Virus record (IMG/VR): IMGVR_UViG_3300037851_000465
Location: 1-39,012 of that record
Reading direction: 5' to 3' (one strand)
From: a virus
Taxonomy: Duplodnaviria; Caudoviricetes
DNA length: 39,012 nt
The translations under genes were made by a program, and so were the position numbers. Positions 27,033 to 35,988 of this stretch are shown here, piece after piece. Below the pieces are notes generated by a model. That model worked only from the letters and a program-made list of their open reading frames with translations, did no database searches and had not been told where the DNA came from. Position 1 is the first letter of the stretch. Every line of letters starts with the position of its first letter.

Positions 27033-28325
27033 ATGCCCATCACCTGGGACCTGGGCGGTCTGCCAGAGGATGATCCGGCGGTGCAGGCGACCAGGGCCCA
27101 TGGTGGGGCGCTGGATGCCGACCAGGTGGTCATCCGCTTCCTGTGTTCAACCAACGAATCTGGCACCGAGCATGATCCCCAGGCAGCGCCGGACCCTTCG
27201 GTGCGGCCTGAGCATGCGGCGTTTCACAACACGGTGTGGCGGCTGGATGACCCGGCCGCACCGATTCCGCCCCTGGATTGGGGTTGCCGGTGCGCCATCC
27301 GGTACGAGGCGCGGCCCGAGACCCCGGCAGCGGCAGTCATCAAAACCACGACCAGCGAGCCGGCCACAGCGGATCCCAAGCGGCTCTTGCGGACGTGGCT
27401 GGACAAGAACGTGGAGGGATGGCAAGCAGTCAAGGATGCGGCCGAGGCAGGCGAACCGCAGCGGGCCGAGGCGCGGGCGTTTGCGGCAGCGAAGAATCTA
27501 GGAATCAGTCGGGAGGTGGCGCGGGTGATCGTGAAGGCGGCGGATGTGCGCCCGCCGTCGCCCATGGGAACCGGACCGCTGGCGGGGGTTGGCAGGGCGG
27601 GGCGGGAGTTGGCCCAGAAGGCCCTGGCCGGCGACCGGCTTGCTGCGGCGACGCTGGGGCAAAAGTACCCAGCCACGGCCGAGCGGTTGCGGGGGGAGGG
27701 CGCTTTGAGGAATGCACCGGGTCATCTGACACAGAATCCGCCACCACGGACTGATGTTCTGGTGGATAACGAGGCTGATCGGCTGGAGGTTGACCAGACC
27801 TTGCGCGGGGTTCCTATTCGTGCCGGGATTGCCGAGCGGGATGGGAACACTTTGAAGATCGAGGCAGAATTGACCGGTGGCGGTGTTTTAACGTTATGGC
27901 ACGCATTCGATCAGTCAGCGAAAGTTGCTGAGATAAAACGCATGCGTATAGACCCACCAAACATGCGTGGCGGTGGAGCCTCAAGAATGGTTTTGCGGAA
28001 CCTTGTTTCGTGGTGGGACAATATAGACGCCAAAAGGCTTATTATTGACGCAGGCAAGGAAGACGGTGGTTTTTTCTGGGCGCGCTTCGGAATGGTTCCT
28101 GATGCTGCTGGATGGTCGGCGCTGAAAGGGTATTTAGCGAAGCGGATTGAGCATGCGCCAGAGGATGTTCAAGAGATCGTTAATGTAATCATTCGATCAG
28201 GGCCGAGATCCTTGGTCAAGTTGGCATCATTGCCTGACGGGCGCGCCTTGTTACGTGGGTCGCAGTGGACTGGTTTTCTGGACTTTTCGGATATTGATCT
28301 ATACTTGAGGCTGAAGGGACTGTGA
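27033..28325 (+). CDS. MuF-motif head protein fused to C-terminal GNAT-like domain
   Basis: VRPEHAAFHN.VW..DDP...IPPLDWGCRC MuF signature; C-terminal IDPPNMRGGGAS...IDA..DGGFFWARFGM; GC drop from about 27800. Confidence 0.75.
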   Translation: MPITWDLGGLPEDDPAVQATRAHGGALDADQVVIRFLCSTNESGTEHDPQAAPDPSVRPEHAAFHNTVWRLDDPAAPIPPLDWGCRCAIRYEARPETPAAAVIKTTTSEPATADPKRLLRTWLDKNVEGWQAVKDAAEAGEPQRAEARAFAAAKNLGISREVARVIVKAADVRPPSPMGTGPLAGVGRAGRELAQKALAGDRLAAATLGQKYPATAERLRGEGALRNAPGHLTQNPPPRTDVLVDNEADRLEVDQTLRGVPIRAGIAERDGNTLKIEAELTGGGVLTLWHAFDQSAKVAEIKRMRIDPPNMRGGGASRMVLRNLVSWWDNIDAKRLIIDAGKEDGGFFWARFGMVPDAAGWSALKGYLAKRIEHAPEDVQEIVNVIIRSGPRSLVKLASLPDGRALLRGSQWTGFLDFSDIDLYLRLKGL

Positions 28326-28326
28326 C

Positions 28327-28539
28327 ATGCCGCACGGTGACTGGGACGTCATGGGTATGCTGGACGATCACGACATTCCGCCAAAGGGCGATGAATGGGA
28401 CGGCATATTGTCTTTAGGGTTGCCGTTGCGCCTTGTTCGTCGGTGGGGTGAACCGCCACAGGAAAAACTGGTGTCTTTTGGTTATGACATCATGAATCCT
28501 GAAAGCACATGTAGCCACGGGCACCGTAAAACCGGCTAG
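28327..28539 (+). CDS. Small protein with acidic N-terminus, candidate immunity partner
   Basis: Starts 1 nt after the MuF-GNAT stop, in the same lower-GC patch. Confidence 0.5.
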   Translation: MPHGDWDVMGMLDDHDIPPKGDEWDGILSLGLPLRLVRRWGEPPQEKLVSFGYDIMNPESTCSHGHRKTG

Positions 28540-28542
28540 CCC

Positions 28543-29133
28543 ATGGCCGCCGTCTCCCCCAACCTGTACCGCCGCCTGGAAGCCCTACGGACCTTCCTGG
28601 ACCAGGCCCCGACCATCGCGGCCCAGGCCTTCGCCAATGGGTTGGCCGGGCAGGCCTCGCCCATCGTGGACGACCGGTTCAAGGGCCAGGGCAACTGGCG
28701 TTTTCCGGCGCTGATGCCCGAAACGGTCAAAGCCAAGGCGCGGTGGGCCAAGGGCGAGATCCGCAAGATAGGCCGGAACAAGATCTTTTTCCCTGGCGTG
28801 GGCGGGACGGGTTCGGTGATGATCGGTGGCCAGAAGCCCATCCTGGTGGACTCGGGGGCGCTGCGGGCGGCGGTGCTGTCGCGGCGGCATGCCATACGGC
28901 AGGCGGGCGAGACGGCGGTGATCACCTTCGGCGGGCTGCCGGATTACGCGGTTTATCAGCACACTGGGACAGGGCGCATGCCCAAGCGCAGCCCGGTGGA
29001 GCCGGATCAGAACGACCGGAAGATGCTGGTGGCCATCCTCCAGAAGCGCCTCAATGCCATCACGCGGGCGGCCGGGCAGGCGACCGGGGTGCGGCAGCGG
29101 TTTGGGGGTGGGGCGCCGACCGTGGTGGTGTGA
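28543..29133 (+). CDS. Virion morphogenesis / tail-completion protein (Mu gpG-like)
   Basis: L.P.T.K.K, ILVDSG.LR, YA.Y...GT.RMP.R motifs. Confidence 0.8.
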   Translation: MAAVSPNLYRRLEALRTFLDQAPTIAAQAFANGLAGQASPIVDDRFKGQGNWRFPALMPETVKAKARWAKGEIRKIGRNKIFFPGVGGTGSVMIGGQKPILVDSGALRAAVLSRRHAIRQAGETAVITFGGLPDYAVYQHTGTGRMPKRSPVEPDQNDRKMLVAILQKRLNAITRAAGQATGVRQRFGGGAPTVVV

Positions 29134-29165
29134 GACGCGGTCTCATGGCGTGAGACCCCGTCTCA
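29131..29165. repeat. Tandem palindromes TGAGAC-N3-GTCTCA x2
   Basis: 29131-29145 and 29151-29165, 20-bp period; the two copies are also inverted relative to each other with one mismatch. Confidence 0.85.
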
Positions 29166-29354
29166 ATGAGTCATAAGTCCTGTCTGCAAGCATTTCTGCG
29201 ACGTGCCGCGCATTGCGACATTGAATGTCGGAACCGGGTTTTGAAGCATGGCATGCTTCCAAACGGGTCATGATCCAAGAACTGTCTTTCCCAGAAACAA
29301 ACTGTCTTGCCCCTTGAACCCCGCCATGTGTAAGGTCGGGTGTAAAGTCCCGCC

Positions 29355-29401
29355 TGCGATGACCGACCCCTGGTCGTAGCAGGCGCGGTCCTCGGTATCC
29401 T
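29355..29401 (+). promoter_or_regulatory. Putative late promoter 2 (dyad element plus -10)
   Basis: TGCGATGACCGACCCCTGGTCGTAGC-N15-TATCCT; near-identical to 14009-14055. Confidence 0.7.
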
Positions 29402-29442
29402 GGGCGGGGTCCATCCCGTCCACCACGGTCCGAGGGAACCCC

Positions 29443-29847
29443 ATGACCATTACGCGCACCAACCTCAAGAGCGTGACCTTCGATGGCACCCTCTTGGAAA
29501 ACGTCATCAACATCAACGTGTCCGATGAAGGCATCAACCAGCATACCCTGGTCGATCCGGCCACCGGCAATCCGGCCCTCATGGCCGTGACCGGCGGCTT
29601 CAAGCGGGTGACGATCACCCTGGCCAAGCCCATCAACAAGCGGGCCGGCAATAGCGGCATCCTGCTGGTGAAGGGCAAGGATCTGGCGAACGTGGACGGC
29701 ATCGGCGATGGGTTCAGCGGGACCGAGGTGGACCTGGAAACCTGGGACACCAGCAAGAAGGCCATCATCGATAGCGTGACGGCCGGACCGGTGATCGACG
29801 GGGAATCGACCTACGTCTACACCCTGCGCGCCTTCAAGGCGGCCTGA
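29443..29847 (+). CDS. Probable tail tube protein
   Basis: 134 aa beta-rich, strong codon bias, precedes chaperone and tape measure. Confidence 0.6.
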   Translation: MTITRTNLKSVTFDGTLLENVININVSDEGINQHTLVDPATGNPALMAVTGGFKRVTITLAKPINKRAGNSGILLVKGKDLANVDGIGDGFSGTEVDLETWDTSKKAIIDSVTAGPVIDGESTYVYTLRAFKAA

Positions 29848-30275
29848 TGATACCCCTGGCAACCCAGGCCGACCTGGACGTGGTGGCCAAGCCGCGCCCG
29901 GCCCTGGCCATCGCGGTGCCGGTTGGCCAGGGCCTGACCCTGCACATCCCGCCGGCCGTGACGACTGTCCGCAAGCTGTTGGCCTCCCAGGCCTGCGTGG
30001 GCGCACCAGTGGACCCGTATGCTGCCCTGGCCGAACAGGTGCGCGACAGCCTGGCCAGCGCCGAGCGCGGCGAGGGGCCGGGGCCTGTGGACGGCGATCT
30101 GATCCGTCTGGCCGTGCTGGCGATCAAGGCCGGATACCGGGTGGAGGACGGCGACCTCGATGCCGCGCCCTGGTTCACGACGGAGATTTTGCAGAAGATA
30201 TGCTTCGCGGCGTGGGGCATCACCACGCAAAAAAAAACAGAGCCCGACGACGAGCCCTCGCAATTGCATGCCTGA
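29847..30275 (+). CDS. Tail assembly chaperone; probable -1 frameshift product extends to 30370
   Basis: A9 run at 30229-30237; -1 frame open to TAG 30368-30370, just before the tape measure ATG. Confidence 0.7.
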   Translation: MIPLATQADLDVVAKPRPALAIAVPVGQGLTLHIPPAVTTVRKLLASQACVGAPVDPYAALAEQVRDSLASAERGEGPGPVDGDLIRLAVLAIKAGYRVEDGDLDAAPWFTTEILQKICFAAWGITTQKKTEPDDEPSQLHA

Positions 30276-30373
30276 GCCGTCAGGTGATGGACGTGCCGCT
30301 GACGGTGATGGAGCAGGTGGCGCTGGGGGATTGGGCGATGAACACCGGCCAGACGCCGGGCTGGAGATAGGCC

Positions 30374-31801
30374 ATGAGCGACGGCATCACCATTCCGATT
30401 TCTGTTCCCGGCTCGCAGTCGGCCAGGTCCATGATGGATCAGATGCTGGTGGTGCTGCGGTCTATTGACCAGGCCTCGCCGCGGACGGCGGTAGCGGTCG
30501 AGAGTCTGTCCCGGCATTTTTTGGGGCTGGCGGATGCGGAGCGGAAAGCGGCTGGGGCAGGGGACGGGCTGGCTCGTACCATGCCCAGGGTGCGGGATGA
30601 GGTGGAAAAAACAAGCAAGTCTGCGTTGGTTGCCAGGACCTCGCTGGGGCAGTTCGGTGATGGCCTGGTGGCCCGGTTCTTGGGCGTGACGGCCGTATTC
30701 CAGGCCGCACGGGCGGGGCTTAATTCGTTCACGACCCTTTATGATACCCAGATGGCGGCCTACACCAAGAACCTCGACCAGAAGGGCAAGGCCAATCTGC
30801 GGACAGGGGAACTGCGCCGTGATCTGGCCCTGCTCGGCGTATCCGGGACCGAGACCGAAACCCTGACAACCGAGATCGACGCCGCCCGTGGCGGTGGGGC
30901 TCCTGGTCAGGCCCGTCAGTTCGCACTGACCATTGCCGAGACGGAAGCCCGGCGGCGCGGGTCCGATTCCTCCAGTATCGCGGCAGCCGTCAGGGCAGGA
31001 CTCGCAGACTTTCAGGCGCAACAACTGGGCGAGATCACCGGGAGCGCCGAGATCTATCAGCGCCTGCAAGATGCAGACCCAGAAGGACGGCAGTTCGACC
31101 GGCGTGGGGAACTGGCCGCAGCCTTGGCCATTCAGCAACGGCGACTATCGGACGACGACTTCACCCGGTTGATGAACGGACTCACCTCGGGCCAGTTGGC
31201 CGTTGGGGCCTCGGGTAGACTGATCGGGTATGGGGCAGAACAAGACCTGGTGCAGACCATCAATGAGCGCGGTGGGCTGTCGATGCAATCGCGGCCCTAT
31301 GTGTCGGCCATCATCGGGGATCCTCGGTTCTCGGGAGCGTCCACCACGATGACGGAGGATGGGATCAGCATTGGTGGCTTTGCTAATCCTGCATTGGCAA
31401 GCGCCCGCACCGCACAATGGGAAGCATGGGTTCGGGAAAATGTGCCAGATTTTGTTCGTGCTCCACCGCCACCAACCAAAAGTCAGGTTCAACGATTTGT
31501 TGAGAATCCTCTTTTGTATTCCTATGACACTGCAATGGGTGCAATGAATGCAGTCCCTAAAGTCGCAAGTGGTATGGGGAAGGCATTTATGAAGTTCGTC
31601 CCATTCTCAGATGAAAATTTAGAAATGAATGCACGGGCTGACCGTACACAGGGATTGCGTCGTCAACTTGAGTTGAATGCGGAACCATCCATTGCCTACC
31701 CCGACGCGGCCCTACAAAAAAAGATGGATGCCTTTTTCTCGGGCAAGGTCGCCATCCCGGTCAAACCGGTCATGTCTGATTCCGCCCAGGAAACCCAATG
31801 A
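30374..31801 (+). CDS. Tape measure protein (short, 475 aa)
   Basis: Helical Ala/Gly/Gln-rich; follows the chaperone frameshift; ITIPISV N-terminus. Confidence 0.7.
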   Translation: MSDGITIPISVPGSQSARSMMDQMLVVLRSIDQASPRTAVAVESLSRHFLGLADAERKAAGAGDGLARTMPRVRDEVEKTSKSALVARTSLGQFGDGLVARFLGVTAVFQAARAGLNSFTTLYDTQMAAYTKNLDQKGKANLRTGELRRDLALLGVSGTETETLTTEIDAARGGGAPGQARQFALTIAETEARRRGSDSSSIAAAVRAGLADFQAQQLGEITGSAEIYQRLQDADPEGRQFDRRGELAAALAIQQRRLSDDDFTRLMNGLTSGQLAVGASGRLIGYGAEQDLVQTINERGGLSMQSRPYVSAIIGDPRFSGASTTMTEDGISIGGFANPALASARTAQWEAWVRENVPDFVRAPPPPTKSQVQRFVENPLLYSYDTAMGAMNAVPKVASGMGKAFMKFVPFSDENLEMNARADRTQGLRRQLELNAEPSIAYPDAALQKKMDAFFSGKVAIPVKPVMSDSAQETQ

Positions 31802-32157
31802 TCACCCTCGGTTCCTACCAGTTCCACGAATCCCAAGGCGTAGTCCAGCCCCCAGCCACGGGCGTGATCCCCCAGGTCAACCAGGCCTCGGCGCAGTTCG
31901 GGGCCTTCCTGCTGCCAGCGCGGCCGGAGCCGTCCACCATCGCCTTGCGCGGTCTGTTCGCGGAGGCGGCCACGGTCGCCAACCTGCGGGGGCTGGCGGG
32001 GCAGAAGGTGACGCTTTCGGGCATGCCGGTGGGATTCAATGGTGATGTCTGCGTGGTGGACATCCGCGCCGACGCAGTGCCAGCGGATTCCAGCGACGCC
32101 TCCATTCCCAGCGGGTGGTTGGTCACCTGCCAAGCCACGGTGTACCCCATCCCATGA
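31798..32157 (+). CDS. Distal tail-like protein
   Basis: MITLGSYQF start; position after tape measure. Confidence 0.55.
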   Translation: MITLGSYQFHESQGVVQPPATGVIPQVNQASAQFGAFLLPARPEPSTIALRGLFAEAATVANLRGLAGQKVTLSGMPVGFNGDVCVVDIRADAVPADSSDASIPSGWLVTCQATVYPIP

Positions 32158-33857
32158 CCTACCAATCGACCGGACCTGTCACCGTATCCGTGACCATTGC
32201 CGACCAGGTGTATCCGCTGGCCCAGGTGACCAGCATCGCCCAGGCGGCCGGGGCCGAGGGCACCACCATTGCGCTGATGCTGCCCTTGACCAGCTACCGG
32301 CAGGGCGCGTCTGATGCGGTGGCTGCTGCGGCCCCGCCCGACCTGATGGGCAAGGCCCTGGTGGTGACGGTGCGAGGGCCAGATGGGGTCCTAGAAGTCT
32401 TCCGGGCGACCATCACCCGCGTGCGCGAGGTCTACCGCAGCGGGGTACGGTCGCTGGACGTACTGGCCATGGACGGCGGCGGTCAGGCGCAGACCAGTTA
32501 CCTGCACCAGTGGCCCTACCGCAACGATCAGCAGATCTTTTACTGCGCCCCCGGCATCCTGAATCCGAGCCTGCGCGGGAACATGAGCGACGGCAATGCC
32601 AGTTGGGGCGGGGGATCATCAAAAGGCATCCAGCCCCGCAGCGGAACGTATTGGACGGCCTACGAGGCGCTGAACGCGGTCCAGAAGTCGGCCTACAGTA
32701 ACGGGGTCAACTGGCGGCAGGTGGACGGGAGTGGTCCGACGACCATAGGCCAGTGGGATCTGCGCGGGCGCACGGCGGGCGAGGTCGTGGCCAGCATCCT
32801 GGACGCCTGTCCGGACGTGGTGTGGTGGTGGGAGCAGTCCACGGTGGGCGGGCAGCCGACCACGGCCCTGGTGTGGCGTCCGCGCCTGTCGCCAGGTAGT
32901 GACCCGGTGACCACCTTGGACCTACGGGAACCCTGGGTGCAGGACTACACTCTGGACGAGCGCGGGGCGCAGACGGCGAAGGAAGTGCGGACGCTGGGAC
33001 AGCCCACGGTCTGGGTGAAGACCTTCAAGCACGACCCGCTGAACCCCACCGACACCAGCTTCGGCACCACCGACCTGATCGGCGTCTGGGATGCCGACGA
33101 CCTGGAGCGCACCGAGGCCGGCGATCCGACCAGCCCGGCCAAGCGGCGGTTTTCCGTGGATTGGGGCGTGGATCTGCCCGAGACCGGCGACGCGGGAGGC
33201 GGCACCATCAAGGCCGGATTCGGCACCCTGCTGCCGGATCTGCCCCTGGTGCGGGATGTGGGCAGCACGGTCAAACCCGGCAGCGCCCCCATCATGATCG
33301 CGGTCAAGGACGCGGCCGGGACGCTGACCTGCGTCAATGGCCAGGTCGGGGCCTATATCGATGCCGAGGGGTATCTGTGGATAACCGGGGACGGTTGGAT
33401 TGACATCTACAACAACGCGGCCGGCATCGTCATCACCCTGGCCATCCTATCGCCCAGGGCCGTGCAGGTGCAGCATAGCGCCACCCATACGGCCGGCGCA
33501 TCGGTCTGCGTGTGGTCCAACCTGGAAAGCATCCGGTGTGCGGGCAACGTCACCCTGGGCGTGGATGAAGACGGAAGCCCGGTCACGGTGACCGGGGACG
33601 CCATCGATGCCACGCAGTCGCTTCACGACCTGGCCACCGAGGCCTGGGAGGTCTACGGGGAGGACGACACCCGTCTGGAGTGGTCCACCGTGGCATGGTC
33701 CACCATCCAGGTGGGCGACTGGATAGGCGACGTGACGCTGCCCATCGATGCCGACCAGGACCGCACCGTGACCCTGGGCCGGCGGGTGCTGTCGCGGTCC
33801 ATCACCTGGGACGGCCAGCGGTTCACCATGGCTTATATGGCGGGGGCGCGGCGATGA
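32154..33857 (+). CDS. Baseplate hub / tail tip protein
   Basis: VFRATITRV...V.A.D, L.G....V...L, IQVGDWI motifs; position. Confidence 0.6.
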   Translation: MTYQSTGPVTVSVTIADQVYPLAQVTSIAQAAGAEGTTIALMLPLTSYRQGASDAVAAAAPPDLMGKALVVTVRGPDGVLEVFRATITRVREVYRSGVRSLDVLAMDGGGQAQTSYLHQWPYRNDQQIFYCAPGILNPSLRGNMSDGNASWGGGSSKGIQPRSGTYWTAYEALNAVQKSAYSNGVNWRQVDGSGPTTIGQWDLRGRTAGEVVASILDACPDVVWWWEQSTVGGQPTTALVWRPRLSPGSDPVTTLDLREPWVQDYTLDERGAQTAKEVRTLGQPTVWVKTFKHDPLNPTDTSFGTTDLIGVWDADDLERTEAGDPTSPAKRRFSVDWGVDLPETGDAGGGTIKAGFGTLLPDLPLVRDVGSTVKPGSAPIMIAVKDAAGTLTCVNGQVGAYIDAEGYLWITGDGWIDIYNNAAGIVITLAILSPRAVQVQHSATHTAGASVCVWSNLESIRCAGNVTLGVDEDGSPVTVTGDAIDATQSLHDLATEAWEVYGEDDTRLEWSTVAWSTIQVGDWIGDVTLPIDADQDRTVTLGRRVLSRSITWDGQRFTMAYMAGARR

Positions 33858-34417
33858 TGCCCTTCCTGGGTCGGCAGAACAAAGACGCCCTGAAGACCAC
33901 CCGCAGTCCCTTGGATGTGTTGGGCATGACCAGCCTGGCCATCCCTGGCGGTGGTGGTGGCGGCGGCGGACGCATCGTGGCCCTGGGTGCGCCGGGGCCT
34001 GGGGTGAGTGTGGATACAGTTGGCACGGTGCTGATGCTGCGGGACGGGGCGTGGGAGGTCTGCGACGTGGAGACGGTAGGGGGCGAGGACGCCACCGAGA
34101 ACCGGCCCATCCCGTTCGGCCTCCAGATCGGCATGGTCGGGTCCAGCGTGCAGGTGCTGATCTGGGGAACCACGGACTACCAGGGCACGCCCGGCGCGGT
34201 GTATTTTGTCGGCCAGTCGGGCCTGCCGGTGACCTCGCCGCCATTCGATGAGACGCGGCCGACCACGACCCTGACCTTCAATAGGTTTTTGGGCTGGCAG
34301 ATTGACGATGAGACCATGGCCGTGATGCCGCATTTCCAGCCGTGGCTGGTCTGTCGGAGTCTGGTCTGTGTGGATGGCGAGGTCGGGCCGGTGGGACTCT
34401 TGCGGGTGCCGCTGTGA
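33854..34417 (+). CDS. Tail tip-associated protein
   Basis: ATGA overlap; poly-Gly linker, PGAVYFVG..G pattern. Confidence 0.55.
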   Translation: MMPFLGRQNKDALKTTRSPLDVLGMTSLAIPGGGGGGGGRIVALGAPGPGVSVDTVGTVLMLRDGAWEVCDVETVGGEDATENRPIPFGLQIGMVGSSVQVLIWGTTDYQGTPGAVYFVGQSGLPVTSPPFDETRPTTTLTFNRFLGWQIDDETMAVMPHFQPWLVCRSLVCVDGEVGPVGLLRVPL

Positions 34418-35379
34418 CCGACTGCGCGCCGACCTCGGCCGGGTTCGCTGGCAAAGCAGATCCGGTCTTTCGCCTGTTCGACTGCGTGGCGCGCGGCCAG
34501 ACGGTGCGAGGTATCATTCCCCGCTGTTCGTGCGATCTGGCGGCCTCGGCGCTGGCGCGGGCCGAGCAGGGGGCCTTTGCCCTGTGCTACGACCAGGCCG
34601 GCATTGATCCTGCCCCAGCGCCCGTCTTCCGGTCCTGCTGGGGCCTGTTCGATCATCAAAACACCTGGGACTATCTGCACCCGACCAGCGGCGGCGGGAA
34701 GGTGGCCCATGGGTGCGGATGGATTGACGGGACACCTATCGCACCCCATGGCTGGATCTGTTCGGGATCCTTCGGCCACACCTGGGAGGCCGACCATGGG
34801 GCCATGCGCAACAACGGTGGGCAGATCACCGACAGCATGTTCGACCAACTTCCCGACACCATCTCGTTCGACCAGATAGGATCGGTGGCCGTGCATAGGT
34901 CGGCATGTCTGGCGACGGCGTTTGACGGATCAGACACCATCACCGTCAGCAGCCTGACCATCACCAAGGCCAAACGGTTTGAGGGGGACAAGGCCTGGCG
35001 CATGGAGATTGCCGGAACCTTCGCGGGCTACGTCTCGGACGCCTATTATTGCCCGTATTATTGGTGTTTTCCTGGGGCCATGTACCCAACTCTGCATTCC
35101 ATCTTGCGCCCGCGACCAGTTGGCGCGGCGTTCAGTGTTGGCGGTCAACTGCCCTGGATCATGGCGGCCTCGGTGGCCGTGGGCATGGCCGGGGATTGGG
35201 ATGTGTACACCTATCAGCCGGATGGGTATCCGGTGCCCATCAATACCGCATCCAACCACATCGCTGGCGACGCCTGGAAACCGGACTGGATCTGGAAACT
35301 GCCGGATGGCAGTGTCCGCACCCAAAGGATCTATCCGCGCATCCAGGTCCAGATCGGCATTCAGTGTGGTGGCGTATGA
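34414..35379 (+). CDS. Cys/Trp-rich hypothetical tail tip protein
   Basis: GTGA overlap; frame continuous with the tail operon. Confidence 0.55.
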   Translation: MTDCAPTSAGFAGKADPVFRLFDCVARGQTVRGIIPRCSCDLAASALARAEQGAFALCYDQAGIDPAPAPVFRSCWGLFDHQNTWDYLHPTSGGGKVAHGCGWIDGTPIAPHGWICSGSFGHTWEADHGAMRNNGGQITDSMFDQLPDTISFDQIGSVAVHRSACLATAFDGSDTITVSSLTITKAKRFEGDKAWRMEIAGTFAGYVSDAYYCPYYWCFPGAMYPTLHSILRPRPVGAAFSVGGQLPWIMAASVAVGMAGDWDVYTYQPDGYPVPINTASNHIAGDAWKPDWIWKLPDGSVRTQRIYPRIQVQIGIQCGGV

Positions 35380-35606
35380 CCGCCGTGGTCGTCAGTCACC
35401 AGACCGGCCGGGCCATACCGCTGGGACCCATCCCCATGCAGGAACACCGCGCGCGGGAAGCGGCTTGCCGGCAGTGCCAGCATTTCACCGGCGACCGGTG
35501 CCGGCTGATCGGCTGCGCGAGCGCCGACCGCGTCTGGTTGTGGGCGTCACGGTTTGCGGCGTGTCCGATGGGGCAGTGGGCGGGCAGCCATTACGCCAGG
35601 GCCTGA
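35376..35606 (+). CDS. Small Cys-rich metal-binding protein (DUF6171-like)
   Basis: R...C..C......C...GC...CP.G.W motif; stop overlaps the hicB 3' end. Confidence 0.65.
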   Translation: MTAVVVSHQTGRAIPLGPIPMQEHRAREAACRQCQHFTGDRCRLIGCASADRVWLWASRFAACPMGQWAGSHYARA

Positions 35607-35977
35607 CGCGCCGCCTTAGCCAGGAAACCTGAGCGACTGCCCGCCCCGACACGCGCATCAATGCGATGCAGGAGACTGGTCGGAAGGGTGATATTCAGTC
35701 GCACCGACTTGTCCACCTCCGCTACGTTGATGGCGATCCATACCATGGGTTTGTGGGCTCGCACGTCGGCACGCCTCAAAACCACATCCAGCGTATGGGC
35801 GGGCGGTATGGGCTGACCCTGTTCGCGCAGCAGTTCCAGATGTCCAGTCAGGGCCTCAACCGCCATGATACGGGCCTCGTCCAGGGTGCGGCCGGCCGTG
35901 ACGCATCCTGGCAGATCGGGGAAACTGACGCCAAAGTCACTGTCGGCGTCTTTATGGATGGCGGCAAGGTATTCCAT
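35591..35977 (-). CDS. hicB: HicB antitoxin with RHH C-terminus
   Basis: Y.A.IHKD.DS.FGVSFPDLPGC.TAG.T.DEA...A.EAL; VRLNITLP..LL.RID...SRSGFLA.AA. Confidence 0.95.
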   Translation of the reverse strand: MEYLAAIHKDADSDFGVSFPDLPGCVTAGRTLDEARIMAVEALTGHLELLREQGQPIPPAHTLDVVLRRADVRAHKPMVWIAINVAEVDKSVRLNITLPTSLLHRIDARVGAGSRSGFLAKAARQALA

Positions 35978-35988
35978 GGCGTTCCCTT

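Noticed and set aside
29131-29165. Synthetic Golden Gate scar (BsaI and BsmBI sites clustered)
   Set aside because: The sites follow from the TGAGAC-N3-GTCTCA palindromes, the first overlaps a natural stop codon, and no vector sequence is present.
29143-29271. 42-aa minus-strand ORF in the neck-tail gap
   Set aside because: No RBS or motif support, and it overlaps the palindromes.
30160-30468. Listed +1-frame ORF as the chaperone extension
   Set aside because: Low-complexity translation overlapping the tape measure; the -1 frame fits the gap exactly.
18733-35606. Diversity-generating retroelement or invertible fibre switch
   Set aside because: No reverse transcriptase, invertase or TR/VR pair seen; the paralogs at 21465-22706 are too diverged.
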